This document shows, piece by piece, positions 1 through 10,134 of a stretch of DNA of 64,000 nucleotides. Under the pieces are notes generated by a model, which had not been told where the DNA came from, did no database searches, and saw nothing but the letters and a program-made list of their open reading frames with translations. Position 1 is the first letter of the stretch. Every line of letters starts with the position of its first letter. This stretch comes from Prevotella sp. (GTDB lineage: Bacteria > Bacteroidota > Bacteroidia > Bacteroidales > Bacteroidaceae): the NCBI GenBank assembly GCA_015060485.1, contig SUYI01000007.1, forward strand, positions 39,239-103,238. The letters are read 5' to 3'. The position numbers and the translations under genes are program-made.

Positions 1-1118
1 AGACGGATGCGAACGCAGTCGGTGCCGGCATTGTTCTTCTTATAGGTTACGTTTTCACCATTATAGTGATGGGGGTCTGGGCTCCAGCGCTCTCCGTCAA
101 TCAAATAGGTGCCATCGTCGTAACTGATATTCGACCAGCCATCGAAGTTGGCTGTATTGTTCATCTGGTTGCCGTTAATGTAGTAGCGGCTGGTCATGGT
201 CCAGAAAGTTTGGTCGTCACCGGCATTGCCATCTGCTGCTACCGTCACCTGAGTAACACGGTTGGTGGTTGCAGCTGGTCCCGTTTTGTAGTAGTTGTTG
301 ACAATATTGACCTGACCGCCACCGGGGCCTCCGTAACAGCCGTTGCCGCAGTTGTAGATGACACAATTACGGAAATCGACGTTTTCTGCCTGAAGCGTGT
401 TGGCCCATTTGTATTCGCTGTAAAGTTTATTGCTGGTGTACCCTGACCAGTTGTATCGGGCACCATTGAAGCGAGGTGAGCGGTTGTTGACGTGACAGAT
501 GAGGTTGTGATGGAAGGAAGCCAGTTTGCCACCCCAAATACCGCCATAACCATGAGCTCCTTTGCCGTGTCCTGCATTGTTCAGACTCTCACCGACAGTA
601 CACCACTGCATGGTGAAGTTGTTGTTGTCGTAGAATGATGCCACCTCGTCAATACTCCATGAGAAGGAGCAGTGGTCGAGCATGATACCCGTGAAGTGTC
701 GTGCGGTGGAAGCATCAGCACCGTCATTGACATCCTTCTCCTGCCCACGACGGAAGCGCATGTAACGAATAATGATGTTGTTTCCATTGGGGTTCACCGT
801 GTAATAGCGCAGGGTAATACCGGGAGCAGGCGCCGTCTGTCCAAGAATGGTGGTGTTGGCACCGATGTTGAGATTGCTTTTGAGGGCTATCACACCACCT
901 ACGTCGAAAACAATGATTTTCTTGCTATTGCCATTGACAGCATTACGAAGAGAACCAGCTCCGGAATCGTCTAAATTAGTAACGTGAATAACTGTCCCTC
1001 CGCGACCGCCAGTAACATATCGTCCGTGACCTTCGGCTCCGGGGAATGCCGGTGTGTCGTCAGCCATTGTGGCAAGGTTGAACAAAAAGGCTGAAAAGAA
1101 TAACAATAACTTTTTCAT
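1..1118 (-). CDS. pectate lyase (PL1-like), N-terminal ~372 codons; C-terminus lies beyond the window start
   Basis: Absent from the ORF track because it has no stop in the window. Hand translation of the minus strand from the ATG (complement of 1116-1118) gives MKKLLLFFSAFLFNLATMADDTPAFPGAEGHGRYVTGGRGGTVIHVTNLDDSGAGSLRNAV... This is a signal peptide followed by the AFPGAEG / TGGRGG start typical of PL1 pectate lyases. The frame appeared open to position 1 in my reading. Confidence 0.75.
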   Translation of the reverse strand, partial: MKKLLLFFSAFLFNLATMADDTPAFPGAEGHGRYVTGGRGGTVIHVTNLDDSGAGSLRNAVNGNSKKIIVFDVGGVIALKSNLNIGANTTILGQTAPAPGITLRYYTVNPNGNNIIIRYMRFRRGQEKDVNDGADASTARHFTGIMLDHCSFSWSIDEVASFYDNNNFTMQWCTVGESLNNAGHGKGAHGYGGIWGGKLASFHHNLICHVNNRSPRFNGARYNWSGYTSNKLYSEYKWANTLQAENVDFRNCVIYNCGNGCYGGPGGGQVNIVNNYYKTGPAATTNRVTQVTVAADGNAGDDQTFWTMTSRYYINGNQMNNTANFDGWSNISYDDGTYLIDGERWSPDPHHYNGENVTYKKNNAGTDCVRIR

Positions 1119-1142
1119 ATTTCTTTATTTATTATGGTCTTA

Positions 1143-3806
1143 CTATTTTTTGTTTTCCGTCGTATATCCCATCATTTCCATTTCGAGGGATGCCCAGATG
1201 AACGGACCGACACCCTTGGCGTCGTTGTCGCGGATGGATTCTGATAGATAGTATTCATAACTGCCGTCGCGTTTCTTGTTTTCCTTGACGCTGCCCTTGG
1301 GGTTTACCTTCTTCATGGCGGCCTCCACCTCAGGGGTAGCGGCAGGACCCAGACCGGCTACAGAGCAGCAGTTGGTGAGCGAGATGGTCTTGTCGGCATT
1401 CACCTTGATGAATTTCTCAATCATGCCGTTGTAGGCTTTGATGCCTGCATCGCGATATTTCTCACCCACATAGCCCTTGCGGTAAGCTTTCAGCAATGCG
1501 TATGTAAACATGGCTGAACAGGTGGATTCCAAATAGTTACCCTCACGGTCTGGAGAGTCCATGACCTGATACCAAACACCTGATTTCTTGTCCTGCCATT
1601 TCAGGATAGCGTCGAAGTCCTTGACGAGCAGGTCGATGACTTCCGAGCGACGGGTATAGTCCTCGGGCAGGGCGTCGAGTACCTCAATGAGCGCCATCGT
1701 GTACCAGCCCTGGGCACGTCCCCAGCAATGCTGGCTTAAACCTGTTTCCTTGTCGGCCCAGAAAGTCATGCGCGTCTCGTCGTAAGCGTGACGGTTCAGA
1801 CCGGTCTTGGGGTCGAGGGTACGCTGATAGGTAATCTTCAGCTGGTTGACGGCATCGTCGTAGATGGCGGTGACAGGATCTTTTTTTGCCTTTTTGCCTT
1901 TTACTTTTTCCGTAATGGGTGCGGTCAGTGTTCGGAAAGGCAGGCCCATGAAGATGCCGTCGAGCCAAACCTGATAAGCGTAGATGGCTTTGTGCCAATA
2001 CACCTTGTCGGCAATGGTACGCGGCTGGTCCTGCAGTTGCTTCATCATGGTCTGCATGGCCTTCAGGTTCTTGGCCTCGGGCCACTTCTGGTACATGCGG
2101 GTAACAAAATGGCCGGTGCGGATGTTGTCGAGGTTATAGTCAAGGATGTCGTAGCCTGTGATGTTGCCCTCCTCGTCAATCATCTTGTCGGTGTACATCT
2201 TGCAATATTTCAAGATGTCTTCTCCGCCATATTTTAAATAGGTGTCGAGCATGCCTTCCAGCTCGATGCCCATCACGTAGCTCCATTTGGGCTTGGTGGC
2301 GAAATCGAGCATATAGCTCTTGGGTACGCGTTTCATCTCAGAGTAGGTGAGCCATTCGGAATAGTGTTTATAGGGCTTTTCCTGCAGTACCAGCGAACCG
2401 TTGATCATCAGATTGTCATAGGTCACGTCCTGAGCAAGGCCAATCTGATGGATGGGCTTGTTGTAGACTCCGTTGAACTCACAGTTCTTGACGGTGATGT
2501 TATTGACGGTATAGGCCAGCTTTGGGTCATCATAACCCACAATCATCACGCCGTATTTCGACTTTTGACAGGTAACATTCTCCATGGTGACGTTGCGCAC
2601 TGTGGGATAGAATCCACGACAGCACACCTCGCGCGGTTCGTAGTCGGTATTGATTTTCAGTACGGCCTCGCCGCACTGGCCAACCTTGATGTTGCGCATG
2701 TTGATATTCTCGATAATGCCTCCGCGACAAGAGTTGGTCTTGATACGCAGTACACGGTCCAGACTGGGGGAGTCCATCTCGCAGTTCTCGGCATAGACGT
2801 TTTGGCAACCACCGGAAATCTCGGAACCGATGACCACGCCACCGTGTCCGTTATTGAATTTACAGTTGCGGATGATGATATTCTTTGATGGCGTGCCGGC
2901 AAACTTGCCCTGTCCACTTTCACGACCGTCGTTGTTGCGGCCGCTCTTGATGGCAATGCAGTCGTCGCCTGTGTTAAAAAAACAGTTCTCGATGAGTACA
3001 CGGTCGCACGACTCGGGGTCACACCCGTCGCCGTTGGGACCGTTATTATTGATGTGTACGCCACGAACGGTAATGTCCTTCGACAATAGGGGATGAATGA
3101 CCCAGAAAGGTGAACGTAGCAAGGTGACATCCTCGATGAGGATTCCCTCGCATTGGTTCAGGTTAATCATCTGGGGACGCAGACCATCCTTCGGTCCAAA
3201 CATGCGTGCGTCCATCGATACACCGTCCTCAGCATATTTCAATAGACGGGCTCGTGCTCCTTGATTCTGTGCGATACCGCCTTCTTTCATGCCGAAACGC
3301 TTGTTGCCGCACCAAGGCCACCAAGTCTCGTTACTACCGCCACCGTCGATAGTCCCCTTACCAGTAATGGCAATATCCTTGGCCTGGTAGGCATAGATCA
3401 GGGGGGATAGGTTCCAACAGTCAAGACCTTCCCAACGGGTAGGGACGATGGGGTAGAGCTCCGGTTCGAAAGCAAACTCCAGAATGGCACCTTCCTCGAT
3501 GACGAGGTTAACACCCGACTTCAGCTGAATGGCAGCCGTCAGGAACTTCTGTCCTGCAGGAACGATAACGCGACCGCCGCCCTTCTTCGAACATTTGTCG
3601 ATGGCCTTCTGGATGGCCTTCTGGTTCTTGGCGGCTGTATTATCGGACTTTGCGCCAAATTTGGTGATGTCATACACTTTGTCTGCAAACTGAGGCATAC
3701 GGATGCTCTGCTCAATCTGCTTGTACTCCTGCTCGTTCCAACCTTTGGCTTGCATGCCTATAACTACGAAGGCAAGGAGTGCTACGGTCTGTAGAATTCT
3801 CTTCAT
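1143..3806 (-). CDS. fusion enzyme: N-terminal GH28 (polygalacturonase-like) plus C-terminal GH105/Glyco_hydro_88-like (unsaturated rhamnogalacturonyl hydrolase-like)
   Basis: Track ORF 1143..3866. I moved the start to the ATG at 3806 (MKRILQTVALLAFVVIGMQA signal peptide). GH28 motifs: NGPNGDGCDPES, GDDCIAIKSG, GHGGVVIGSE, RIKT. The C-terminal half has YteR-like WLDGIFMGLPF and CWGRAQGWY. Confidence 0.85.
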   Translation of the reverse strand: MKRILQTVALLAFVVIGMQAKGWNEQEYKQIEQSIRMPQFADKVYDITKFGAKSDNTAAKNQKAIQKAIDKCSKKGGGRVIVPAGQKFLTAAIQLKSGVNLVIEEGAILEFAFEPELYPIVPTRWEGLDCWNLSPLIYAYQAKDIAITGKGTIDGGGSNETWWPWCGNKRFGMKEGGIAQNQGARARLLKYAEDGVSMDARMFGPKDGLRPQMINLNQCEGILIEDVTLLRSPFWVIHPLLSKDITVRGVHINNNGPNGDGCDPESCDRVLIENCFFNTGDDCIAIKSGRNNDGRESGQGKFAGTPSKNIIIRNCKFNNGHGGVVIGSEISGGCQNVYAENCEMDSPSLDRVLRIKTNSCRGGIIENINMRNIKVGQCGEAVLKINTDYEPREVCCRGFYPTVRNVTMENVTCQKSKYGVMIVGYDDPKLAYTVNNITVKNCEFNGVYNKPIHQIGLAQDVTYDNLMINGSLVLQEKPYKHYSEWLTYSEMKRVPKSYMLDFATKPKWSYVMGIELEGMLDTYLKYGGEDILKYCKMYTDKMIDEEGNITGYDILDYNLDNIRTGHFVTRMYQKWPEAKNLKAMQTMMKQLQDQPRTIADKVYWHKAIYAYQVWLDGIFMGLPFRTLTAPITEKVKGKKAKKDPVTAIYDDAVNQLKITYQRTLDPKTGLNRHAYDETRMTFWADKETGLSQHCWGRAQGWYTMALIEVLDALPEDYTRRSEVIDLLVKDFDAILKWQDKKSGVWYQVMDSPDREGNYLESTCSAMFTYALLKAYRKGYVGEKYRDAGIKAYNGMIEKFIKVNADKTISLTNCCSVAGLGPAATPEVEAAMKKVNPKGSVKENKKRDGSYEYYLSESIRDNDAKGVGPFIWASLEMEMMGYTTENKK

Positions 3807-3835
3807 TTTTCTATTTGTTTTAGTAGTTCTGTGTG

Positions 3836-3843
3836 CAAAGTTA
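3836..3843 (-). promoter_or_regulatory. Bacteroidetes -7 box TAACTTTG for the GH28-GH105 gene
   Basis: The plus strand reads caaagtta about 30 nt upstream of the ATG at 3806. This matches the TAnnTTTG consensus. Confidence 0.5.
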
Positions 3844-4046
3844 CGAATAAGTGCGGGAAAATCCAAATATTTTGGTGTTTTTCAAGCGCAATCGTTTTAG
3901 TAAAATAGTATGACAACGCAATGAAATGAGTGTGTAATGCAAGAAAAGTTGTAAAAAATTTGCATTTTACGGAATTATTCCCTAAATTTGCCGCCGATAA
4001 GCTTCACGAAGACCGTTTGTCTCGTTGCTTATCTTATTTAAAAAGA

Positions 4047-4087
4047 GGAGATTGGTAGCGTCCTGCACCAATCTCCCTATTTTTTTG
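4047..4087. terminator. bidirectional intrinsic terminator hairpin
   Basis: ggagattggt (4047-4056) pairs with accaatctcc (4068-4077). There is a T-run on the plus strand (4081-4086) and an A-run upstream, which gives a U-run for the minus-strand glucokinase transcript. Confidence 0.6.
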
Positions 4088-4113
4088 ATGATTTAAATCG
4101 TTAAGAAATGTCA

Positions 4114-5094
4114 TCAGATTTCCCATCCGATGGCTGATGCTCCAAGCACAGCGGCAGATGCTCCGTCAAGACCGCTGATGAGGAACTGGGCCTTGTTCTT
4201 GAAAATGTTCATGACGTGTTCGTTATAGCTACGCTTGATGGGTTCCATAATCAAGTCACCGGCCTTGACCATACCTCCGAAGAAAATAAAGGCTTCTGGG
4301 CTTGAGAATGCTGCGAAGTCGGCGCAAGCCTCGCCCAGCATCTTACCTGTAAATTCATAGATTTCCTTGGCCAATTCATCGCCCTTGCCGGCGGCAATCG
4401 ACACGTCGAGCGAAGTGATATCTTCAGGATTCATCTCGCGGAGTAGTGACGGACGGTCTGTCTTGGCCAATAATTCACGAGCAGTACGGGCTACACCTGT
4501 TGCCGAGCAGTATGCCTCCAGACAACCAGTACGTCCGCAACCACAGCTGCGTCCTTCCTCGCCGCGAACCATGGTGACATGTCCTAACTCACCGGCAAAA
4601 CCGTCGTGACCATAAAGCAGCTGTCCGTTAACGACAATACCAGATCCCACGCCTGTTCCCAGTGTGATGACGATGAAGTTCTTCATTCCACGAGCTACGC
4701 CATAGACCATTTCGCCGATAGCTGCCGCATTGGCATCGTTGGTTAAGGCCACGGGAATGCCATTCAGCTGGTCGCTAAATAGCTTGGCCAAGGGTACCAC
4801 GCCGTTTTTGGCCCATGCCAGATTGGGGGCAAATTCAATAGTGCCGTTGTAGTAGTTGCCGTTGGGAGCACCAATACCCATGGCCTTGATTTTCTCTATG
4901 CCGCCCACCTGTTCGATAATAGGTTGCAAAGCCTCGACGGAAGCCTTTACATAATCCTCGACATTGGTGTAACCACCAGTCTTAATAGCAGTTGTTGCTT
5001 TGATGTCGCCTCGGGCGTCAACAATGCCGAATACAGAGTTAGTGCCTCCTAAGTCTAGACCGATAACATACGGTTTGATTCCTTGTTGTTCCAT
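4114..5094 (-). CDS. ROK family glucokinase
   Basis: 326 aa. N-terminal LDLGGTN ATPase motif, the ROK signature region GHDGFAGELGH and the Cys cluster CGCGRTGCLE. Confidence 0.85.
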   Translation of the reverse strand: MEQQGIKPYVIGLDLGGTNSVFGIVDARGDIKATTAIKTGGYTNVEDYVKASVEALQPIIEQVGGIEKIKAMGIGAPNGNYYNGTIEFAPNLAWAKNGVVPLAKLFSDQLNGIPVALTNDANAAAIGEMVYGVARGMKNFIVITLGTGVGSGIVVNGQLLYGHDGFAGELGHVTMVRGEEGRSCGCGRTGCLEAYCSATGVARTARELLAKTDRPSLLREMNPEDITSLDVSIAAGKGDELAKEIYEFTGKMLGEACADFAAFSSPEAFIFFGGMVKAGDLIMEPIKRSYNEHVMNIFKNKAQFLISGLDGASAAVLGASAIGWEI

Positions 5095-5137
5095 TGTCGT
5101 TATGTTTTAAGTTTGTATTTATGAACGATTTTGCCCA

Positions 5138-5145
5138 CAAAGGTA
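5138..5145 (-). promoter_or_regulatory. -7 box TACCTTTG for glucokinase
   Basis: The plus strand reads caaaggta, about 45 nt upstream of the ATG at 5094. Confidence 0.5.
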
Positions 5146-5260
5146 CAAAAATAATTTAGAAAGTACTCATTCTTTCACATTTTTTTGTACCTTTGACCTT
5201 GTCGAAGGCATTCTCGTTCGGAAAAATCCAAATAAATTTGGTTTTTCGCTCACTTATTCG

Positions 5261-5268
5261 TACCTTTG
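5261..5268 (+). promoter_or_regulatory. -7 box TACCTTTG for the LysE-family gene (very short leader)
   Basis: cgctcacttattcgTACCTTTGcaccgaatATG. The cassette is nearly identical to the one at 43325-43354. Confidence 0.5.
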
Positions 5269-5276
5269 CACCGAAT

Positions 5277-5942
5277 ATGCCATTTCCGATACATATAAAC
5301 ATAGTCGACTTGGTGTTCAAGGGCATGCTGATAGGCATGATAGCTTCGGCTCCTATGGGACCTGTGGGCATCCTTTGTGTACAGCGCACGCTGAACAAAG
5401 GGCGCTTATTCGGTCTTGCTACAGGTGTAGGGGCTGCTGTTAGCGATATCATCTATGCTGGAATCACTGGCTTCGGCATGGCCTTTGTGATGGATTTCAT
5501 CAACAACGAACAAAACAAGTTCTACCTGCAGATTGCCGGTAGTGTGTTGCTGTTGGCCTTTGGTCTCTATACCTGGCGCATGGACCCTACGAAGAATATG
5601 CACCAGTCTGGCCAGCAGAGAGGTTCGCTGTGGTACAATATGTGGACGGCCTTCCTCGTCACCTTTTCCAATCCGCTCATCGTATTCCTCTTTATGGCGC
5701 TGTTTGCACAGTTTGCCTTCGTCATTCCCGATCGTCCGTTCGAGATGTTGATAGGTTTTGCCAGTATTGTAGGCGGTGCTCTGCTTTGGTGGTATGGACT
5801 CTCGTGGTTGGTCGATAAGGTACGCACCATCTTCGATACTCAGGGTATACGAATCATCAATCAGGTTATAGGTGCTGTGGTAACGCTCTTCTCCGTCATC
5901 TCGCTGTTTGGTACAGTGACCAACCTCTTCAGATTCTTCTGA
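5277..5942 (+). CDS. LysE/RhtB family amino-acid efflux transporter
   Basis: Track ORF 5193..5942. The upstream 28 codons overlap the promoter box, so I start at the ATG at 5277. The sequence is multi-TM with GMLIGMIASAPMGPVGILCVQRTL, typical of the LysE N-terminus. The exact start is uncertain. Confidence 0.7.
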   Translation: MPFPIHINIVDLVFKGMLIGMIASAPMGPVGILCVQRTLNKGRLFGLATGVGAAVSDIIYAGITGFGMAFVMDFINNEQNKFYLQIAGSVLLLAFGLYTWRMDPTKNMHQSGQQRGSLWYNMWTAFLVTFSNPLIVFLFMALFAQFAFVIPDRPFEMLIGFASIVGGALLWWYGLSWLVDKVRTIFDTQGIRIINQVIGAVVTLFSVISLFGTVTNLFRFF

Positions 5943-5949
5943 AGGGTAA

Positions 5950-6519
5950 ATGGAAAAAAATAAAAAAGGTAAAATGTTTGTAGCACAGGAATTACGAAAG
6001 AAAAATATTGCTGAATACCTGCTTTATATGTGGCAGATTGAGGACACTATCCGTGCCTTCGGTTGTTCGTTGAGCCGTATTCGCAGGGAGTATATTGACC
6101 GTTTTGACTATACGGACGAGCAGAAGGAGGAAGAGTCCGACTGGTTTGGCAACCTGATCCGGATGATGAATCAGGAGGGATGTCGCGAGCAGGGGCACCT
6201 TCAGATTAACAAGGTCGTCATGCAGCAGTTGCAGGAATTACATGCCCAATTGTTGTCGTCGTCCAAGTTTCCGTTTTATAATTCAGAATATTACAAGGTG
6301 TTGCCTTTTATTGTCGAATTGCGCAATCGAGGAGCCAGTAAGGATGAGAACGAGATAGAGACGTGCTTTAACTCGCTTTATGGTGTGATGATGCTTCGTT
6401 TACAGAAGAAAGAGATTTCCCCCAATACTCAACATGCTATTACGGAGATTTCTACCTTTGTCGGTATGCTCAACGACTATTATTTAAAAGATAAGCAGAA
6501 ACCTTTAGAATTCGATTAA
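5950..6519 (+). CDS. conserved hypothetical protein (I recall it as DUF4924-like; unverified)
   Basis: 189 aa, soluble, no motif I can name. Tight spacing with the flanking genes supports coding. Confidence 0.5.
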   Translation: MEKNKKGKMFVAQELRKKNIAEYLLYMWQIEDTIRAFGCSLSRIRREYIDRFDYTDEQKEEESDWFGNLIRMMNQEGCREQGHLQINKVVMQQLQELHAQLLSSSKFPFYNSEYYKVLPFIVELRNRGASKDENEIETCFNSLYGVMMLRLQKKEISPNTQHAITEISTFVGMLNDYYLKDKQKPLEFD

Positions 6520-6523
6520 TGCG

Positions 6524-7378
6524 ATGAATATATTGATTACGGGCTGTAATGGGCAGTTAGGAAACGAGATGCAGTTGCTGGAGAAGGAAAATCCCCAGCA
6601 TATCTACTTTAATACCGATGTCGCAGAGCTCGATATCACCGACCAGCAAGCTATAGAGCAGTTTGTCAATGAACACCAGATTGACGGCATCGTCAATTGT
6701 GCAGCCTATACCGCCGTTGATAAGGCTGAAGATAACGAAGAACTCTGCCAAAAACTCAATGCCGAGGCTCCTGCTTATTTGGCTCATGCTGTCGACCATC
6801 GTGGTGGATGGATGATACAGATTTCTACTGACTATGTGTTTGATGGCACCAATCATACTCCCTATACCGAGGACGAAGACACCTGTCCTAATAGTGTTTA
6901 TGGCAAGACCAAACTAGTGGGTGAGTTGAATGTGCAGAAACTCTGCCGCCGTTCGATGATTATCCGTACGGCATGGCTGTACTCTGCCTTTGGCAATAAC
7001 TTCGTGAAGACGATGATTCGGTTGGGAAAAGAGAAACCCCAACTTGGCGTTATTTTCGACCAGATTGGTACTCCCACTTATGCCCGTGATTTGGCTCGTG
7101 TCATCATGGTGGCTGTCAACAAGGGTACCCATCCTGGCATCTATCATTTCTCCAACGAGGGTGTTATCTCGTGGTACGACTTCACCAAAGCTATTCATCG
7201 TTTGGCTGGAATTGACACTTGTCGCGTCAGTCCGCTTCATACTTCAGAGTATCCCACACCCGCTGCCCGTCCGCACTATAGTGTGCTCGATAAAACGAAG
7301 ATTAAGCAGACCTATGGGATAGAGATTCCTTATTGGGAGGAGAGTCTTAAGGAGTGTATTGCTGAGTTGCTGAAATAG
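6524..7378 (+). CDS. rfbD: dTDP-4-dehydrorhamnose reductase
   Basis: 284 aa. MNILITGCNGQLG Rossmann start and overall RmlD-like sequence (TDYVFDG, YGKTK). Confidence 0.85.
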   Translation: MNILITGCNGQLGNEMQLLEKENPQHIYFNTDVAELDITDQQAIEQFVNEHQIDGIVNCAAYTAVDKAEDNEELCQKLNAEAPAYLAHAVDHRGGWMIQISTDYVFDGTNHTPYTEDEDTCPNSVYGKTKLVGELNVQKLCRRSMIIRTAWLYSAFGNNFVKTMIRLGKEKPQLGVIFDQIGTPTYARDLARVIMVAVNKGTHPGIYHFSNEGVISWYDFTKAIHRLAGIDTCRVSPLHTSEYPTPAARPHYSVLDKTKIKQTYGIEIPYWEESLKECIAELLK

Positions 7379-7417
7379 TTTAAAAAGCATATATTAACAA
7401 CTGAAAATCAAAGAATT

Positions 7418-8527
7418 ATGTGTAAGGTAGGGATTCCTAAGGAAATTAAGAACAACGAGAATCGTGTGGGCATGACCCCGTCAGGTGTTGCCGAGTTAGT
7501 CAGACATGGACATCAGGTCTATGTACAGCATACTGCGGGAGAGGGCAGTGGTTTTAGTGACGAACAGTATCAGAAGGTGGGTGCTCAGATCCTGCCTACC
7601 ATTGAGGATGTTTATGCTGAGGCCGACATGATTGTAAAAGTGAAGGAACCCATCGAACCTGAATACCCGTTGGTACGCAAAGGACAGGTGGTGTTCACCT
7701 ATTTCCATTTTGCTTGTGAAGAGGAGCTGACGCATGCCATGCTGAAAAGCGGTGCTGTCTGTATTGCCTATGAGACAGTGGAGCGTGACGACCGTTCGTT
7801 GCCGCTACTCATTCCGATGAGTGAGGTGGCTGGACGTATGGCTACTCAGAACGGTGCCTATTACCTGCAGAAAACCAAGGGCGGCAAGGGTAAACTGATG
7901 GCTGGTGTGCCAGGTGTGAAGCCTGCTAAGGTATTGGTGCTTGGTGGAGGAACGGTGGGCGAGGCCTCTGCCCGTATTGCAGCTGGTATGGGTGCCGATG
8001 TTACCATTACTGATGTTTCGCTACCACGTTTGAAACAGCTCGCTGCCGAGTTGCCCGCCAATGTACATACCCTCTATTCGTCGGAACATAACATCCGCCA
8101 GGAGTTGCCAACAGTCGATATAGTTATTGGCTCTGTGCTGATTCCAGGTGATGCTGCGCCTAAGCTTATCACGAAGGATATGCTCTCGCTGATGGAAAAG
8201 GGCACGGTACTTGTCGATGTCGCCATCGACCAAGGCGGCTGCTTCGAGACCTCGCATCCCACTACGCATAGTGAGCCGGTCTATATGGTCGATGGTATCG
8301 TACATTATGCTGTGGCCAATATTCCAGGAGCCGTTCCGAATACTTCTACCATAGCCCTCACCAATGCTACGTTGCGCTATGCTGTTGCTCTTGCCGATAA
8401 GGGGTGGCAGCAGGCTTGCCGTGACGACCGTTCCTTGGCTCGTGGTGTCAATATGGTAGACGGAAAGTGTACTTACGAGGCTGTCGCTAAAGTATGGAAT
8501 CTTCCCTACACACCGTTACAGCTATAA
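7418..8527 (+). CDS. ald: alanine dehydrogenase
   Basis: 369 aa. VGIPKEIKNNENRVGMTPSGV start, the VLVLGGGTVG NAD-binding site and MSEVAGRMA. Confidence 0.85.
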   Translation: MCKVGIPKEIKNNENRVGMTPSGVAELVRHGHQVYVQHTAGEGSGFSDEQYQKVGAQILPTIEDVYAEADMIVKVKEPIEPEYPLVRKGQVVFTYFHFACEEELTHAMLKSGAVCIAYETVERDDRSLPLLIPMSEVAGRMATQNGAYYLQKTKGGKGKLMAGVPGVKPAKVLVLGGGTVGEASARIAAGMGADVTITDVSLPRLKQLAAELPANVHTLYSSEHNIRQELPTVDIVIGSVLIPGDAAPKLITKDMLSLMEKGTVLVDVAIDQGGCFETSHPTTHSEPVYMVDGIVHYAVANIPGAVPNTSTIALTNATLRYAVALADKGWQQACRDDRSLARGVNMVDGKCTYEAVAKVWNLPYTPLQL

Positions 8528-8544
8528 TATAATAATTAATTAAG

Positions 8545-10134
8545 GTGAATCAAGAAATAGAACGCAGGCGAACTTTCGCCATTATCTCACACCCCGATGC
8601 GGGTAAAACCACGCTGACCGAGAAGTTTCTGCTCTTTGGTGGACAGATTCAAGTGGCAGGTGCTGTAAAGAACAATAAGATTAAGAAAACCGCTACTTCC
8701 GACTGGATGGATATCGAGAAGCAGCGTGGTATCTCAGTGTCGACCTCTGTGATGGAGTTCGACTACACCCCCGACGGAAAGGATATCGAATACAAGGTGA
8801 ACATCCTTGATACCCCGGGACACCAGGACTTTGCCGAGGACACCTATCGCACGCTGACAGCTGTCGATAGTGCTATCATCGTGGTCGATGGTGCGAAAGG
8901 TGTAGAGACGCAGACACGTAAATTGATGAACGTCTGCCGCATGCGCAACACTCCCGTCATCATTTTCATCAACAAGATGGACCGCGAGGGCCGCGACCCC
9001 TTTGATCTGCTTGATGAGCTGGAGAAGGAACTCGAAATCCATGTGCGTCCCCTTTCGTGGCCTATCAATCAGGGCGCGAAATTCAAGGGTGTCTATAACA
9101 TCTACGAACAGCAGTTGAACTTGTTTACTCCTGACAAACAGCGCGTTACCGAAAAGGTTGCTGTCGATATCGATAGTGCCGAACTCGATGAAAGAGTGGG
9201 CGAGCAGGATGCCGAGAAACTGCGTGAAGACCTGGAACTGGTCAGCGGCGTCTATCCCGATTTCGAGGTCGATACCTACCGTAGTGCCGAGGTGGCTCCC
9301 GTCTTCTTCGGTTCAGCGCTCAACAACTTCGGCGTACAGGAACTATTGGACTGTTTCGTCGAGATTGCTCCCTCTCCCAAGCCTACCAAGGCCGAGGAGC
9401 GCGATGTGCAACCTGAAGAACCCAAGTTCACTGGCTTCATTTTCAAGATCACCGCCAATATCGATCCCAACCATCGTTCATGTATTGCCTTTTGCAAGGT
9501 CTGCTCTGGCAAGTTTCAGCGCAACCAGCCCTATCTGCATGTGCGACAGGGCAAGACGCTGCGCTTCTCTTCGCCCACGCAGTTTATGGCCCAGCGAAAG
9601 TCTACCATCGACGAGGCATGGCCTGGTGATATTGTAGGTTTGCCCGATACCGGTGGCATGTTCAAAATTGGCGATACCATCACCGAGGGCGAACAGCTTC
9701 ACTTCCGCGGACTGCCATCCTTCTCGCCCGAGCTCTTCAAGTATATCGAAAACGACGATCCAATGAAGTCCAAGCAGCTGCAGAAGGGTATAGATCAGTT
9801 GATGGACGAGGGTGTTGCCCAGTTGTTCGTCAATCAGTTCAACAACCGCAAGATTATCGGCACCGTGGGACAGTTGCAGTTCGAAGTCATCCAGTATCGC
9901 CTGGAGAACGAGTACAATGCCAAGTGCCGTTGGGAACCCGTCCATCTTTACAAGGCTTGTTGGATTGAGAGCGACGACGATAAGGAGTTGGAGAACTTCA
10001 AGAAGCGCAAGTACCAGTATATGGCCAAGGACAAGGAGGGTAGGGACGTGTTCCTGGCTGACTCCGGCTATGTGCTCTCAATGGCGCAACAGGACTTTGA
10101 ACACATTAAGTTCCATTTTACTAGTGAGTTCTAA
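8545..10134 (+). CDS. prfC: peptide chain release factor 3
   Basis: 529 aa, GTG start. [21 protein letters not shown]1 motif, DTPGHQDF and NKMDR. Confidence 0.9.
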   Translation: MNQEIERRRTFAIISHPDAGKTTLTEKFLLFGGQIQVAGAVKNNKIKKTATSDWMDIEKQRGISVSTSVMEFDYTPDGKDIEYKVNILDTPGHQDFAEDTYRTLTAVDSAIIVVDGAKGVETQTRKLMNVCRMRNTPVIIFINKMDREGRDPFDLLDELEKELEIHVRPLSWPINQGAKFKGVYNIYEQQLNLFTPDKQRVTEKVAVDIDSAELDERVGEQDAEKLREDLELVSGVYPDFEVDTYRSAEVAPVFFGSALNNFGVQELLDCFVEIAPSPKPTKAEERDVQPEEPKFTGFIFKITANIDPNHRSCIAFCKVCSGKFQRNQPYLHVRQGKTLRFSSPTQFMAQRKSTIDEAWPGDIVGLPDTGGMFKIGDTITEGEQLHFRGLPSFSPELFKYIENDDPMKSKQLQKGIDQLMDEGVAQLFVNQFNNRKIIGTVGQLQFEVIQYRLENEYNAKCRWEPVHLYKACWIESDDDKELENFKKRKYQYMAKDKEGRDVFLADSGYVLSMAQQDFEHIKFHFTSEF

